Part shown: positions 27,303 through 36,753 of the stretch, piece after piece
Layout of the letters: every line of letters starts with the position of its first letter
How positions within the stretch are numbered: the first letter of the stretch is position 1
Assembly (NCBI GenBank): GCA_963847975.1
Contig: CAWKBU010000018.1
Coordinates: forward strand, 386,129-450,128
Direction of reading: 5' to 3'
Length of the DNA stretch: 64,000 bases
Source of the DNA: an uncultured Acidobacteriota bacterium
GTDB lineage: Bacteria > Acidobacteriota > Vicinamibacteria > Vicinamibacterales > 2-12-FULL-66-21
Notes under the pieces: model-generated
Told to the model about the DNA's origin: nothing
Database searches by the model: none
Seen by the model: only the letters and a program-made list of their open reading frames with translations
Position numbers and translations under genes: made by a program

Positions 27303-28532
27303 TCACGCCGGTGGAGACGAGACGGGCCGATATCCGACCTTGGCGTACTGCGGCGCCTGGGGATTGAACCGGGCGTCGAAGCGCGGATCGGGGGCATCGA
27401 AGGTATTCGCGGTCCGATCGATGGTGCCCCGCAAATCGCCGAGGCCGCCGTTGATGAACGATCCGCGGACGCCGGCGGCGTCGAGGATGTCGAGCTCGTA
27501 GCGCGCACCTTGGGAGATGCCGCCGGCGAGCGTGTTCTTCCAGAAGATGGTGTCGACGTAGGTGCTGCCGGTGCCGCTGTCATCGACGCCATTCCAGTTG
27601 CCGGTAAACGTGCACCGGCTGACCGTGGCACGAGATCCCGCGAACACCGTCATGGCGCCGGAGCCGTGTTCCGGGTGGAATTCGCCTCCGGTCAGCAGGC
27701 CGACATAGTCCACGCCCATGTTGGACACGTTGCCGACGAAGAGGCAGTTCTCGAGCGTGGCCCGGCTGCCGTGCAGGAGATCGAGGGCGGCGCCGGTGAT
27801 CTGCGTGCGGTTGTTGCGGAAGATGCAGTCGCGAAAGAGCACCGAGTCCTGGATCTGGTCGAGATGCTCGACCGACACGCCGCCGGCGCACGGACTGGCG
27901 TAGTTGCCGTGGACCTCGACTCGTTCGATGGTCGGATAGGAGCGCGCGTAAATCTTGATGCCACCGCCGTCGGCGTAGAAGTACAGCGTCTTGCGGATGT
28001 CGTCGGATTCGATCGGGGACTTCTCGCCGGAGCCGGTCGTGAAGTTGTTGGCGCCCGTAATCTTGAAGCCGCGCAACACGGTCTTGCGCGAGATGCCGTC
28101 GCCGAAATAGACGACATGGTTCACGACCGCCGGGTAGCTGGGCGCCGAGGCGTCGGCGAGGTCGGGATTGGCCGCGGTCAGGGTGACGTCGCCCACTGCC
28201 TCGAGGGTGATGCCGTCATGCCGGGCGTTGAGCCAGACGAGCGCCTGCCCCTTGGCGGACGGGCGGTAGGTCCCGGCGTGGACGTAGACCGTCTTGTTGA
28301 CGGGATCGCGCGCGGCCGCCTCGAGCGCGTCCTGGATCCGGTCCTTGGGATAGACATGATGGCCCGGGCTCGTGCCGCCACGGATCGCGGCGCCGGCGCC
28401 GCGCGTCTCTTGAGCCGAGAGGCCGCGCATGGGGAGTGCGCACGCGGCCAGCAGAAGTCGAAGGAAGGCGCGACGCTCGTCTCGCGGGATCGTCATTGAG
28501 GAACGGGGAACCGGCGCCACATCCGCGGCCAA
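27303..28532 (-). CDS. secreted right-handed parallel beta-helix repeat protein
   Basis: 409 aa with Tat-like RRAFLRLLLAACALP and repeated ...NC.F.GN / ...RC.F.GN beta-helix turns. The start may be the internal ATG 28496. Confidence 0.7.
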   Translation of the reverse strand: MAADVAPVPRSSMTIPRDERRAFLRLLLAACALPMRGLSAQETRGAGAAIRGGTSPGHHVYPKDRIQDALEAAARDPVNKTVYVHAGTYRPSAKGQALVWLNARHDGITLEAVGDVTLTAANPDLADASAPSYPAVVNHVVYFGDGISRKTVLRGFKITGANNFTTGSGEKSPIESDDIRKTLYFYADGGGIKIYARSYPTIERVEVHGNYASPCAGGVSVEHLDQIQDSVLFRDCIFRNNRTQITGAALDLLHGSRATLENCLFVGNVSNMGVDYVGLLTGGEFHPEHGSGAMTVFAGSRATVSRCTFTGNWNGVDDSGTGSTYVDTIFWKNTLAGGISQGARYELDILDAAGVRGSFINGGLGDLRGTIDRTANTFDAPDPRFDARFNPQAPQYAKVGYRPVSSPPA

Positions 28533-28554
28533 ACGACGCTAATTTAGCATAGTC

Positions 28555-29616
28555 ATGCACCCAATCCTTGCGCGCGGCAGCCGGCTCGCCCTCTACCTGG
28601 GCTTGTGGGTGCTCGTCTCGGCGCTCCTGGCGCAGCTCATGGCGGGACGAGTCGGGCTCTCCTGGCGCCAGGCGGCGCTCGTCGCGCTGCCCGCCGCGCT
28701 CGTCTACGCCTTCGTCTGCCTCTCGGCGTGGTACGTCGCGCGCAGCCTCCCGATCAAGACCACCGGCACCTGGCGGATTCTCCTTACCGGGCTCTTGACC
28801 TCGCTCCTTTCGAGCGCGGTGTGGCTCGCGATTGCCCGGTTCTGGCTCTCGCTCCTGGTGGCCCGCGGCTGGTTGCCGGAGTCAGCGCGCGGCGGCGGGT
28901 ATCAGAGCCTCATCTTCGGGTTCGGCGTGCTGCTCTACCTGTTGTCGCTCGCCGTCGGCTACCTGCTCGTGATGTTCGAGGAGAACCGGGCCGCCGATCG
29001 CCGCGCGCTCGAAGTGCAGGTCTTCGCGCGCGAGGCCGAGCTGCGCTCGCTCCGGTCGCAGCTCGACCCGCACTTCCTCTTCAATTGTCTGCACTCGATC
29101 AGCGCCCTGACGACCGCGGATCCACCCGGGGCGCGGCGGATGTGCCTCCTGCTCGGCGAGTTCCTGCGCGAGACGCTCGCGCTCGGGGCCGAGAGCCGCA
29201 TCACGGTCGCGCGCGAGCTGAAGCTGGTCGACCGGTTTCTCGCCGTCGAGCGGATTCGCTTCGGCGACCGGCTCGATGTCGATTCGACCTCCGACCGGGA
29301 GTCCGAGGCGTGCCTCGTGCCACCGCTGCTCCTGCAGCCGCTCGTCGAGAACGCGGTCACGCACGGGATTGCGCACCTGCTCGACCGAGGTACCATCCGC
29401 ATCGCCGCTTCGCGCACGCCCGGGCGCCTGTCGATCGTCGTCGAAAACCCGTGCGACCCGGACCGTCCGCGCGGCACGGGCGCCGGCGTGGGCGTGGCGA
29501 ACGTGCACGCGCGCCTGCGGGCGCTCTATGGCGGCGAAGCCGTCGTCAACAGCACCGAACGGGAGGGCGTCTGGCGCATGGAGTTGTCCCTGCCGGTGTC
29601 GACGGAGGTGAAATGA
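28555..29616 (+). CDS. LytS/YehU-type sensor histidine kinase (His_kinase PF06580-like)
   Basis: 353 aa with multiple TMs, LRSQLDPHFLFNCLHSI, and an HATPase region ...LLLQPLVENAVTHGI.... Confidence 0.9.
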   Translation: MHPILARGSRLALYLGLWVLVSALLAQLMAGRVGLSWRQAALVALPAALVYAFVCLSAWYVARSLPIKTTGTWRILLTGLLTSLLSSAVWLAIARFWLSLLVARGWLPESARGGGYQSLIFGFGVLLYLLSLAVGYLLVMFEENRAADRRALEVQVFAREAELRSLRSQLDPHFLFNCLHSISALTTADPPGARRMCLLLGEFLRETLALGAESRITVARELKLVDRFLAVERIRFGDRLDVDSTSDRESEACLVPPLLLQPLVENAVTHGIAHLLDRGTIRIAASRTPGRLSIVVENPCDPDRPRGTGAGVGVANVHARLRALYGGEAVVNSTEREGVWRMELSLPVSTEVK

Positions 29617-30374
29617 GCGAGCCGGATCCCCTGCGCGTCATCATCGTGGACGATGAGCCCCTGGCCCGCGGGGTCGTGCGCGAATACCTCGGCGCCCACC
29701 CCGGGGTCACCATCGTCGCCGAGTGCGGCAACGGCTTCGACGCCGTCAAGGCGGTGACCGAGCTCGCGCCGGACCTGATGTTCCTCGACGTCCAGATGCC
29801 GAAGCTCGATGGCTTCGAGGTGCTGGAGTTGCTGGGCCGGGCGGTGCCGGTGATCTTCACGACCGCTTACGACCAGTACGCGCTCCGCGCCTTCGACGTC
29901 CATGCCGTGGACTACCTGCTCAAGCCGTTCAGCGAGGAGCGGTTGGCCGAGGCGCTGGCGCGGGCACGAGGGCGGCTGGCGGGGCGGGAAGGGGAGGAGC
30001 CGGCGCTCGACGTGGACGGGCTGGTGGCGGCAGCGCGGCCGCGGTCGGGACCGCTCGAGCGCGTCCTCATTCGAGACGGGGCCCAGGTCCATGTTCTGCC
30101 GGCCGATCGGATCGACTTCGTGGAGGCGCAGGACGACTACGTATCGTTCATGGCCGACGGCAAGTCGTTCCTCAAGGATCAGACGATGGCGGCGGTCGAA
30201 GCGGCCCTCGACCCGACGCGCTTCGTGCGCATTCACCGATTGTACCTACTCAACATCGAGCGCATTGCGCGGGTCGAGCTCTACGCCAAGGACAGCCGGA
30301 TTGCGATTCTGCGCGACGGCCGGAAGCTGCCGGTGAGCCGCGCGGGGTACCAGCGCTTGTCGCGCCTGCTCTGA
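29613..30374 (+). CDS. LytR/AlgR-family response regulator (REC + LytTR)
   Basis: From ATG 29613 (ATGA overlap with the HK stop): VIIVDDEPLAR...LDVQMPKLDG...DYLLKPF, then LytTR ...FVEAQDDYVSF...FVRIHRLYLLN. Confidence 0.9.
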   Translation: MSEPDPLRVIIVDDEPLARGVVREYLGAHPGVTIVAECGNGFDAVKAVTELAPDLMFLDVQMPKLDGFEVLELLGRAVPVIFTTAYDQYALRAFDVHAVDYLLKPFSEERLAEALARARGRLAGREGEEPALDVDGLVAAARPRSGPLERVLIRDGAQVHVLPADRIDFVEAQDDYVSFMADGKSFLKDQTMAAVEAALDPTRFVRIHRLYLLNIERIARVELYAKDSRIAILRDGRKLPVSRAGYQRLSRLL

Positions 30375-30395
30375 CGCGTCTCTGCCGGCGCGGGC

Positions 30396-30447
30396 TTGAC
30401 AGGTCCTTCTCGTTTTGTTAAATAACTATTCAGTGAAATTAACTGAA
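30396..30447 (+). promoter_or_regulatory. sigma70-like promoter plus inverted repeat (candidate TetR operator)
   Basis: TTGACA (30396-30401)-N17-TAAATA (30419-24), followed by TTCAGT-N7-ACTGAA (30429-30447) in the only AT-rich patch of the region. Confidence 0.5.
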
Positions 30448-31131
30448 CGGTTAGTCAAGCGTCCCGGGCAGGCACGCGCGGGACGTCGGCGGGGGCCGGC
30501 GGCGAGTCCCGATCCCTCGCGCGACCGCCTCTTCGCCGCCGCCGCCACCGCCTTCGCGGCGCATGGTTTCGCCGGCACAAGCGTCGATCGCATCGCCGAC
30601 GCCGCGCGCTTGAACAAGGCGATGATCTACTACCACTTCGGCAGCAAGGCCGGGCTCTATCGCGAGATCCTGCGCGACATGTTCGCCGCCGTCGGCGCGC
30701 GCGCCCGCACCGTGGCCGCTTCCGATTTGGCCCCGAGCGACAAGATTCGGGTCTTTGTCGACACGTTTGCCGCCGAGGCCCAGGCCCGTCCGCACTTTCC
30801 TCCGATTTGGTTCCGCGAAGTAGCCGACGGCGGTGCGCGCCTCGATGACGCTACGCTCGGCGACATGGCGGGGGTGCTCAAGGCCCTCGCGGCGATCGTC
30901 GCGGAGGGCGTGCGCGCGGGTGTCTTCCGGCCGGTCAACCCCCTGCTCGTCCACGCCGGCATCGTTGGGCCCGTGCTCCTCTTCTTTGCTTCCGACGGCA
31001 TCCGCCGCCGCGTCGAGCGGTTGGGTGTGCGCGGCGCCGCGACGGTGGCCCAGGACGAGGTGGTGGCGCACGTGCAGCGCGTGGCGCTCGGGCTGCTCGA
31101 AGGACGGATTCCGGAGGCGGGCGCGGATTAG
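30415..31131 (+). CDS. TetR/AcrR-family transcriptional regulator (start uncertain: TTG 30415 or GTG 30433)
   Basis: HTH RDRLFAAAATAFAAHGFAGTSVDRIADAARLNKAMIYYHFGSKAGLY. Sits in the same position as the TetR-family regulator gene (ybiH) upstream of the E. coli ybhGFSR operon. Confidence 0.85.
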   Translation: MLNNYSVKLTERLVKRPGQARAGRRRGPAASPDPSRDRLFAAAATAFAAHGFAGTSVDRIADAARLNKAMIYYHFGSKAGLYREILRDMFAAVGARARTVAASDLAPSDKIRVFVDTFAAEAQARPHFPPIWFREVADGGARLDDATLGDMAGVLKALAAIVAEGVRAGVFRPVNPLLVHAGIVGPVLLFFASDGIRRRVERLGVRGAATVAQDEVVAHVQRVALGLLEGRIPEAGAD

Positions 31132-31146
31132 GCATCGCGATCGTTG

Positions 31147-31300
31147 GGGTCACGAAACGCGGATCACAGGCATCACACCGATCATGGGACGCGGATCACG
31201 AGCACGGGTCACAGCGGATCACCAGGTACCGGGCAGGGACGCGGATCACGGGTTAAGGCACGGGACGCGGATCACGCGGATCACGCGGATCACGGACAGC
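31147..31300 (+). repeat. array of GCGGATCAC motifs in the TetR-HlyD spacer
   Basis: 7 exact GCGGATCAC plus 3 near variants (gggtcac x2, gcatcac) in about 150 nt, ending in a perfect 3 x 9-nt tandem cgcggatca (31266-31292). Every unit carries a GATC. Confidence 0.85.
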
Positions 31301-31315
31301 GGACGGGACACAGAC

Positions 31316-32350
31316 ATGAGTAGCGCATTACGGTGGCGGGCGGCGGTCCTCGTGACCGCCGGTGTGATGTCTGGCGCGGTGGCGTGCCGGAACGGCGAGG
31401 GGCCGGCGGTCCCGCGCGCGTCGGGCTACGTCGAGGCGACTGAGGTCCGCGTATCGCCGGAGGTGGGGGGCCGCGTCATCGAGCTCAAAGTCAACGAAGG
31501 CGACCGGCTGGACGTCGGTGGGCTCATCGCGCGGCTGAGCACGACCGACACCGAGCTGAGCATCAGGCGCGCCGAGGCGGATCGCGCGCAGGCGATCGCG
31601 CAGTTGGCGTTGCTCGAGGCCGGAGCCCGGCCGGAAGAAATCCGTCAAGCGCAGGCGCAGTTCGACTCGGCTGAGGCGGACGTTCGCGCCGCGACCGCCG
31701 AGCTCCAGTCCGCCGAAGCGGACCTACAACGATTCGAGGCGTTGCTCACCGCCAATGCCGGCTCGCGTAAGCAGCGCGACGATGCTCTCACGCGCCGGGA
31801 AGTGGCGGCCGCGCGCGTGGCGGCAGGCCGGGATCGCGCCCGGGCGGCGGCTGAAGCGCTCGCCAGAGTCCGGTCGGGTGCGCGCAAGGAGGAGGTCGCC
31901 GCGGCGCGTGCACGCATCGGCGCCGTCGACGCCCAGATCGCCTCGCTCTCGAAGAGCGTGACCGACGCCGTACTCACCTCGCCAGTGGCGGGGCTGGTGA
32001 CCTCCAAGTTGGTCGATGCCGGAGAAGTCATCGCGGCCCGGACACCCGTCGTCGTTGTTACCGACCTCGACCATGCCTGGGCGAACGTCTACGTGGACGA
32101 GCCTGTCGTGCCCCGCCTCAAGCTGGGAGAGAAAGTCGTCCTTGTCACTGACGCCGGGCAGCGGCTCGACGGCGCGATCACCTTCATCTCGCCGAAAGCC
32201 GAGTTCACGCCCCGTAACGTGCAGACGGCGGACGAGCGCTCGCGGCTCGTCTACCGCATCAAGGTCACTGCGGATAACCGCGACGGCGTATTGAAGCCGG
32301 GCATGCCGATCGAAGCCGAGCTCGTCGCGCAGGGCAGGGACAAGCCATGA
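31316..32350 (+). CDS. HlyD-family membrane fusion protein (YbhG-like)
   Basis: From ATG 31316: signal/lipobox-like ...GAVAC, then ASGYVEATEVRVSPEVGGRVIEL, long coiled coil, and ...FISPKAEFTPRNVQT. Confidence 0.85.
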   Translation: MSSALRWRAAVLVTAGVMSGAVACRNGEGPAVPRASGYVEATEVRVSPEVGGRVIELKVNEGDRLDVGGLIARLSTTDTELSIRRAEADRAQAIAQLALLEAGARPEEIRQAQAQFDSAEADVRAATAELQSAEADLQRFEALLTANAGSRKQRDDALTRREVAAARVAAGRDRARAAAEALARVRSGARKEEVAAARARIGAVDAQIASLSKSVTDAVLTSPVAGLVTSKLVDAGEVIAARTPVVVVTDLDHAWANVYVDEPVVPRLKLGEKVVLVTDAGQRLDGAITFISPKAEFTPRNVQTADERSRLVYRIKVTADNRDGVLKPGMPIEAELVAQGRDKP

Positions 32351-33309
32351 GCGCCGTTGCTTTCGAGCAGGTGACGAAAAGATACGGCGCCGTGACCGCG
32401 CTCGAAGCCGCGTCGGTCACCATCGCCCGCGGCGAGATGTTCGGCGTCATCGGCCCCGATGGGGCTGGGAAGACGACCGCCATCCGCGTCGCCTGCGGAC
32501 TGCTCAAGGTCGATGGCGGCCGCGTGTCGGTCCTCGGCCACGATCCCTTCCGCGAGCATCGCGTCGTGACCGCCGCGGTGGGGTATCTCTCGCAGCGGTT
32601 CAGTCTCTACGGCGACTTGACCATCGACGAGAACATCGCCTTCTTCGCCGAGATTCACGGCGTGAATCGCTATCACGCCGCCCGCGATCGCCTGCTCGCG
32701 ATGACGCAGCTCACGCCGTTCCGATCGCGCCGTGCCGATCGCCTGTCCGGCGGGATGAAGCAGAAACTCGCGCTCGCGTGCACGCTCGTGCATGAACCGC
32801 AAGTGCTGCTCCTCGACGAGCCGACGACCGGTGTTGACCCGGTCTCGCGGCGCGAGTTCTGGAAGCTGCTCTCGGAGTTCCTCAGCGACGGGCTCACGAT
32901 CGTGATGACGACGCCCTATCTGGACGAGGCGGAGCGGTGCGCGCGTGTGGCGTTGCTGCACGAGGGGCGAGTGCTGGCAGTGGATGTGCCGGCCGTCCTT
33001 CAGGCTCGCCTTTCCGGGCGTCTGCTCGAGGTCATTGCCGACACGCCGCGCCCGCCGCTCGAGCTGCTGGCGGGGCTGCCCGGCGTCGAAGACGTGCAGT
33101 CGTTTGGCGAGCGCGCCCACGTGCGCGTCGCCGAGGGGACGCAGGCGCAGGGCGTGGCGACGGTGACGCGCGCGCTCGTCGCTCACGGCATCGGCGTGCT
33201 GGCGGCGCGACCGGTCGCCGCGACCCTCGAAGACGTGTTCATCGCCCTCATCAGCGGCGGCAAGACGGCCAACGATGCCGGCGCCTCAGCGGCCGAGAGG
33301 CATTCATGA
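32347..33309 (+). CDS. ABC transporter ATP-binding protein (ABC-2 type, YbhF-half-like)
   Basis: [37 protein letters not shown] overlaps at both ends. Confidence 0.9.
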   Translation: MSAVAFEQVTKRYGAVTALEAASVTIARGEMFGVIGPDGAGKTTAIRVACGLLKVDGGRVSVLGHDPFREHRVVTAAVGYLSQRFSLYGDLTIDENIAFFAEIHGVNRYHAARDRLLAMTQLTPFRSRRADRLSGGMKQKLALACTLVHEPQVLLLDEPTTGVDPVSRREFWKLLSEFLSDGLTIVMTTPYLDEAERCARVALLHEGRVLAVDVPAVLQARLSGRLLEVIADTPRPPLELLAGLPGVEDVQSFGERAHVRVAEGTQAQGVATVTRALVAHGIGVLAARPVAATLEDVFIALISGGKTANDAGASAAERHS

Positions 33310-34682
33310 GACTTACACGGAGCGCTCTTTGTCTGGTGGCCGGGCTGTTCGGCGCGGCGGGGGCGGACGTCCTGCACGCGCAACAGTCGCCGCCGGTGCG
33401 GAGCATCGCGCCGGCACCGCCGCAGACCCCGTCGGGAGCGCCGCTGACTCTGGATGAGGCCATCGCGCAAGGGTTGGCCAACAGTCTTCGGCTCGCCGAG
33501 CTCGGAGCCCGTCAGGATTCGCAGGCAGCCGTCGAGCAAGGACGCGCCGCGGCGCGGCGTCCGATCATCGCCGCGCAAGGCAGTTACACGCGGACGAACC
33601 ACGTCGAGGAGTTTGCCATCGTCCAACCGGGCCTCGGTCGCCAGGTGGTGTATCCCGACCTGCCGGACAACTTCCGGACCCGGCTCGACCTGCAGTGGCT
33701 GTTCTATACCGGCGGCCGTCTCGATGCCCTCGAGCGCGCGGCGCGTGCCGAGCGGCAGGCGTCGGGCGAGGAACTGGCCGCGGCCCGTTCGGACCTGCGG
33801 CTCGAGATCACGCGCGCCTTCTGGAGCCTGGTGACGGCGCGCGAGGCCGAGCAGGTGCTGGTCCGGGCGCTCGAGAGCAGCGCCGCCTACGTGCGGGACT
33901 TGCGCGCGCGGCTCGACCAGGGACTCATTCCGCCGAACGAGCTGCTGTCGGCCGAGGCGCAGCAGTCACGCGAGCGCCTGGTGTCGATCGAAGCCGCGAA
34001 CGCGCGCGGGATCGCCGAAGCCGATCTGCAGCGGCTGCTCGGCGCCGAGGGCCCTGGCCCGATCGTACCGGCGGCGCGTCTGGAGCCGCTGGCTGCGGCC
34101 GTCGGTGATCTGAATCAGCTGATCGCCGCTGCACTTGCCGCGCGCCCCGAACGGCGGGCGCTGGCCGAGCGCGTCGAGGCGGCTCGGGCACGGGCGGAGG
34201 CGGCGCGCGCGGGACTGCGGCCGCAGGTGGGCGTGAATGGCGGGTACGACTATGCGAGCCCGAATCCACGCTTTTTTCCGCGCAGTGACCAATGGCAGGA
34301 CTCCTGGGACGTGTCGGTCAACGCGTCCTGGACGTTGTGGGACGGAGGACGGACGCGGGCCGAACGCGCGGACGCCGCGGCTCTGACGCGCGTCGCCGAG
34401 GCGCGCTTGTCGGACTTCGATCGCCAGGTCACCTTCGAGGTGCGCCAGCGCCAGCTCGAGCTCGAGTCGAGCCTGGCGGCGATCGGCACTGCGGCTGAGG
34501 GCGTGCGCGCGGCCGCGGAGGCGCGGCGCGTCGTCGCCGAGCGCTTCACCGCCGGCGTCGTGACCAACACGGAGGTGCTCGACGCCCAGACCGCGCTCCT
34601 GCAGGCCGAACTCGAGCGCACCCGCGCGCTCGCGAGCGCCCGCCTGGCCGAGGCGCGGCTCGCGCGCGCCGTCGGCCGCTGA
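33306..34682 (+). CDS. TolC-like outer-membrane efflux protein
   Basis: From ATG 33306: signal [25 protein letters not shown], then two OEP-like repeats (...LTLDEAIAQGLANS..., ...LNQLIAAALAARPE...). Confidence 0.85.
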   Translation: MRLTRSALCLVAGLFGAAGADVLHAQQSPPVRSIAPAPPQTPSGAPLTLDEAIAQGLANSLRLAELGARQDSQAAVEQGRAAARRPIIAAQGSYTRTNHVEEFAIVQPGLGRQVVYPDLPDNFRTRLDLQWLFYTGGRLDALERAARAERQASGEELAAARSDLRLEITRAFWSLVTAREAEQVLVRALESSAAYVRDLRARLDQGLIPPNELLSAEAQQSRERLVSIEAANARGIAEADLQRLLGAEGPGPIVPAARLEPLAAAVGDLNQLIAAALAARPERRALAERVEAARARAEAARAGLRPQVGVNGGYDYASPNPRFFPRSDQWQDSWDVSVNASWTLWDGGRTRAERADAAALTRVAEARLSDFDRQVTFEVRQRQLELESSLAAIGTAAEGVRAAAEARRVVAERFTAGVVTNTEVLDAQTALLQAELERTRALASARLAEARLARAVGR

Positions 34683-34690
34683 CAAGAGTC

Positions 34691-35647
34691 ATGGCACTGC
34701 CTCCAGACGTCACGCACGCCATCGAGGTCAGGAACCTCTCGCGGCGCTTTGGCGCGTTTCTCGCCGTCGATCGCTTGTCGTTCGACGTGCGTCGGGGGGA
34801 GATCTTCGGCTTCCTCGGCAGCAATGGCGCCGGCAAGTCGACGACGATCCGGATGCTCTGCGGCCTGCTGCGGCCGACGTCCGGCAGCGCGTCAGTCGGC
34901 GGCATCGATGTATCGGCCGATCCCGAAGGCGTGAAACAGCGAATCGGTTACATGTCGCAGCGCTTCTCCTTGTACGAGCTGCTGACGGTCGACCAGAACA
35001 TCAACTTCTTCGGCGGAGTCTACGGCCTGACGTCCGAGCGGCTCGCGGCGCGGCGGCGCTTCGTCCTCGAGATGGCCGGCCTGACCGGCCGTGAGCAGAC
35101 GCTGGCGCGCGACCTCGCCGGCGGGTGGCGGCAACGCCTCGCGCTCGGCTGCGCCATTCTCCACGAACCGGCGATCCTCTTTCTCGACGAGCCCACGGGT
35201 GGTGTCGATCCGCTCTCCCGGCGTCAGTTCTGGCGCCTCATCGACGTGCTCTCCCAGGAAGGCGTGACGGTGCTGGTGACGACGCACTATCTCGACGAGG
35301 CGGAGCGCTGCCATCGCGTCGCGCTCATCCATGCCGGCCGGCTCGCGACGCTCGGCACGACCGCCGAGGTCAAGCAGATCTTCCAGGGCCGGCCGATCGT
35401 GGAATTGCGCACGCCGGAGGCCGTCGCCGTCATGCGCGCGCTCGACGAGATGCCCGAGGTCGAGAAGACGAGCCTCTTCGGTACCGCCGTGCATGCCGTC
35501 CTTCGCAACGACACCACCACACCGGGCGCCCTTGGCGCCCGGCTGACCGCGTTGGGTCTTCGCGTGGACGACGTCGCCGAGGTCGTGCCGTCGCTCGAGG
35601 ACGTCTTCCTCGACGTCGTGGAGAAAGCGGGTAGTGCAGCCGTATGA
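34691..35647 (+). CDS. ABC transporter ATP-binding protein (second YbhF-half-like ATPase)
   Basis: GSNGAGKST, LAGGWRQRLALG, LFLDEPTGGVDP. Confidence 0.9.
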   Translation: MALPPDVTHAIEVRNLSRRFGAFLAVDRLSFDVRRGEIFGFLGSNGAGKSTTIRMLCGLLRPTSGSASVGGIDVSADPEGVKQRIGYMSQRFSLYELLTVDQNINFFGGVYGLTSERLAARRRFVLEMAGLTGREQTLARDLAGGWRQRLALGCAILHEPAILFLDEPTGGVDPLSRRQFWRLIDVLSQEGVTVLVTTHYLDEAERCHRVALIHAGRLATLGTTAEVKQIFQGRPIVELRTPEAVAVMRALDEMPEVEKTSLFGTAVHAVLRNDTTTPGALGARLTALGLRVDDVAEVVPSLEDVFLDVVEKAGSAAV

Positions 35648-36753
35648 GGAAAGCGCTCGCCGTCTACCGCAAGGAGCTGCGCCAGATTCTGCGCGATCGA
35701 CGCACGCTGCTCATCCTGGTGTTCATACCGGCGCTTTTCCTGCTGCTCTATGGCTATGCGCTCAACTTCGACATCCGGCACATTGCGCTCGCGGTCGACG
35801 ATCGCGACAGCTCGCCGCAGAGCCGGTCCGTGGTTTCGGCGTTCGTCAACTCCGGCTACTTCGATCTCGTGGCCAGCACGCATTCGCCGGACGAGATCGA
35901 GCGTCTCGTCAACCTGAACCGGGCGCGGGCGGTGCTCGTCATCCCGGAGGGGTTCGGGCGCGATCTCTCGTCGGGGCTGTTGACGCCGGTCCAGGTCATC
36001 ATCGACGGTGACAACGCCAATACCGCCACGACCGTGCTCGGCTACGCCAGCAACCTGCTGCGCACCGTGGGCGCGGAGCTCTCGCCCGCGACGGTGGTGC
36101 GGCCGTCACCACTGTCGGTCGAACCGCGCATCTGGTACAACCCCGAGCTGCGCAGCACGCTCTTTCTGGTTCCCGGCCTCATCGCCTACATCGGCATGAT
36201 TACCGCGGTGGCGTCCACGGCGCTGTCCATCGTGCGCGAGAAGGAGTCGGGCACGATGGAGCAGATCCGCATGGCGCCGATCGACACCTTCTCGTTCATC
36301 CTCGGCAAGACGCTGCCGTACTTCCTGATCTCCCTGTCGTCGTCGGCCCTTATCATTCTCGCCTCGATGGTGCTGTTTGGATTGCCGATGCGCGGCAACT
36401 GGCTGGCGCTGCTGCTCGCGGTGTCCCTGTTTCTGGTCGGCGCCCTCGGAACCGGCCTCCTCATCTCGACCGTCGCCGACTCGCAGCAGGTGGCATTTCA
36501 AATGGCGCTCCTCATCTCGCTCCTGCCGACGATCATGCTCTCGGGCTTCATCTTTCCGATCTCGGGGATGCCGGCCTTCCTGCAGGCGGTGACCTACGTC
36601 GTGCCCGCGCGCTACTTCCTCGTAGCGCTGCGCGGCATCGTGCTGAAGGGGTCGGAAGTGTCGCACCTCACCGTCCCGCTTCTGGCCCTGACGGCATACG
36701 CGCTGGCGATGCTCGGACTGTCGTCGCTGCGCCTGTCGCGGGAGCGTGCCTGA
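35644..36753 (+). CDS. ABC-2 type permease (YbhS/YbhR-like)
   Basis: 369 aa: one N-terminal TM, large extracytoplasmic loop, then 5 TMs, with ...IVREKESGTMEQI.... Confidence 0.85.
   Translation: MRKALAVYRKELRQILRDRRTLLILVFIPALFLLLYGYALNFDIRHIALAVDDRDSSPQSRSVVSAFVNSGYFDLVASTHSPDEIERLVNLNRARAVLVIPEGFGRDLSSGLLTPVQVIIDGDNANTATTVLGYASNLLRTVGAELSPATVVRPSPLSVEPRIWYNPELRSTLFLVPGLIAYIGMITAVASTALSIVREKESGTMEQIRMAPIDTFSFILGKTLPYFLISLSSSALIILASMVLFGLPMRGNWLALLLAVSLFLVGALGTGLLISTVADSQQVAFQMALLISLLPTIMLSGFIFPISGMPAFLQAVTYVVPARYFLVALRGIVLKGSEVSHLTVPLLALTAYALAMLGLSSLRLSRERA

Noticed and set aside
31147-31300. Possible CRISPR array (regularly repeated GCGGATCAC).
   Set aside because: The repeat unit is only 9 nt, the spacers are 0-20 nt and partly repeat-like, and there are no cas genes. 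It is not CRISPR architecture.
30833-31315. N-terminal extension of the HlyD ORF through the repeat array (…HETRITGITPIMGRGSRARVTADH…TRITRITRITD…).
   Set aside because: The extension overlaps the TetR gene in another frame, and its peptide is just the translated DNA repeat. The signal-peptide-bearing ATG at 31316 is the sensible start.
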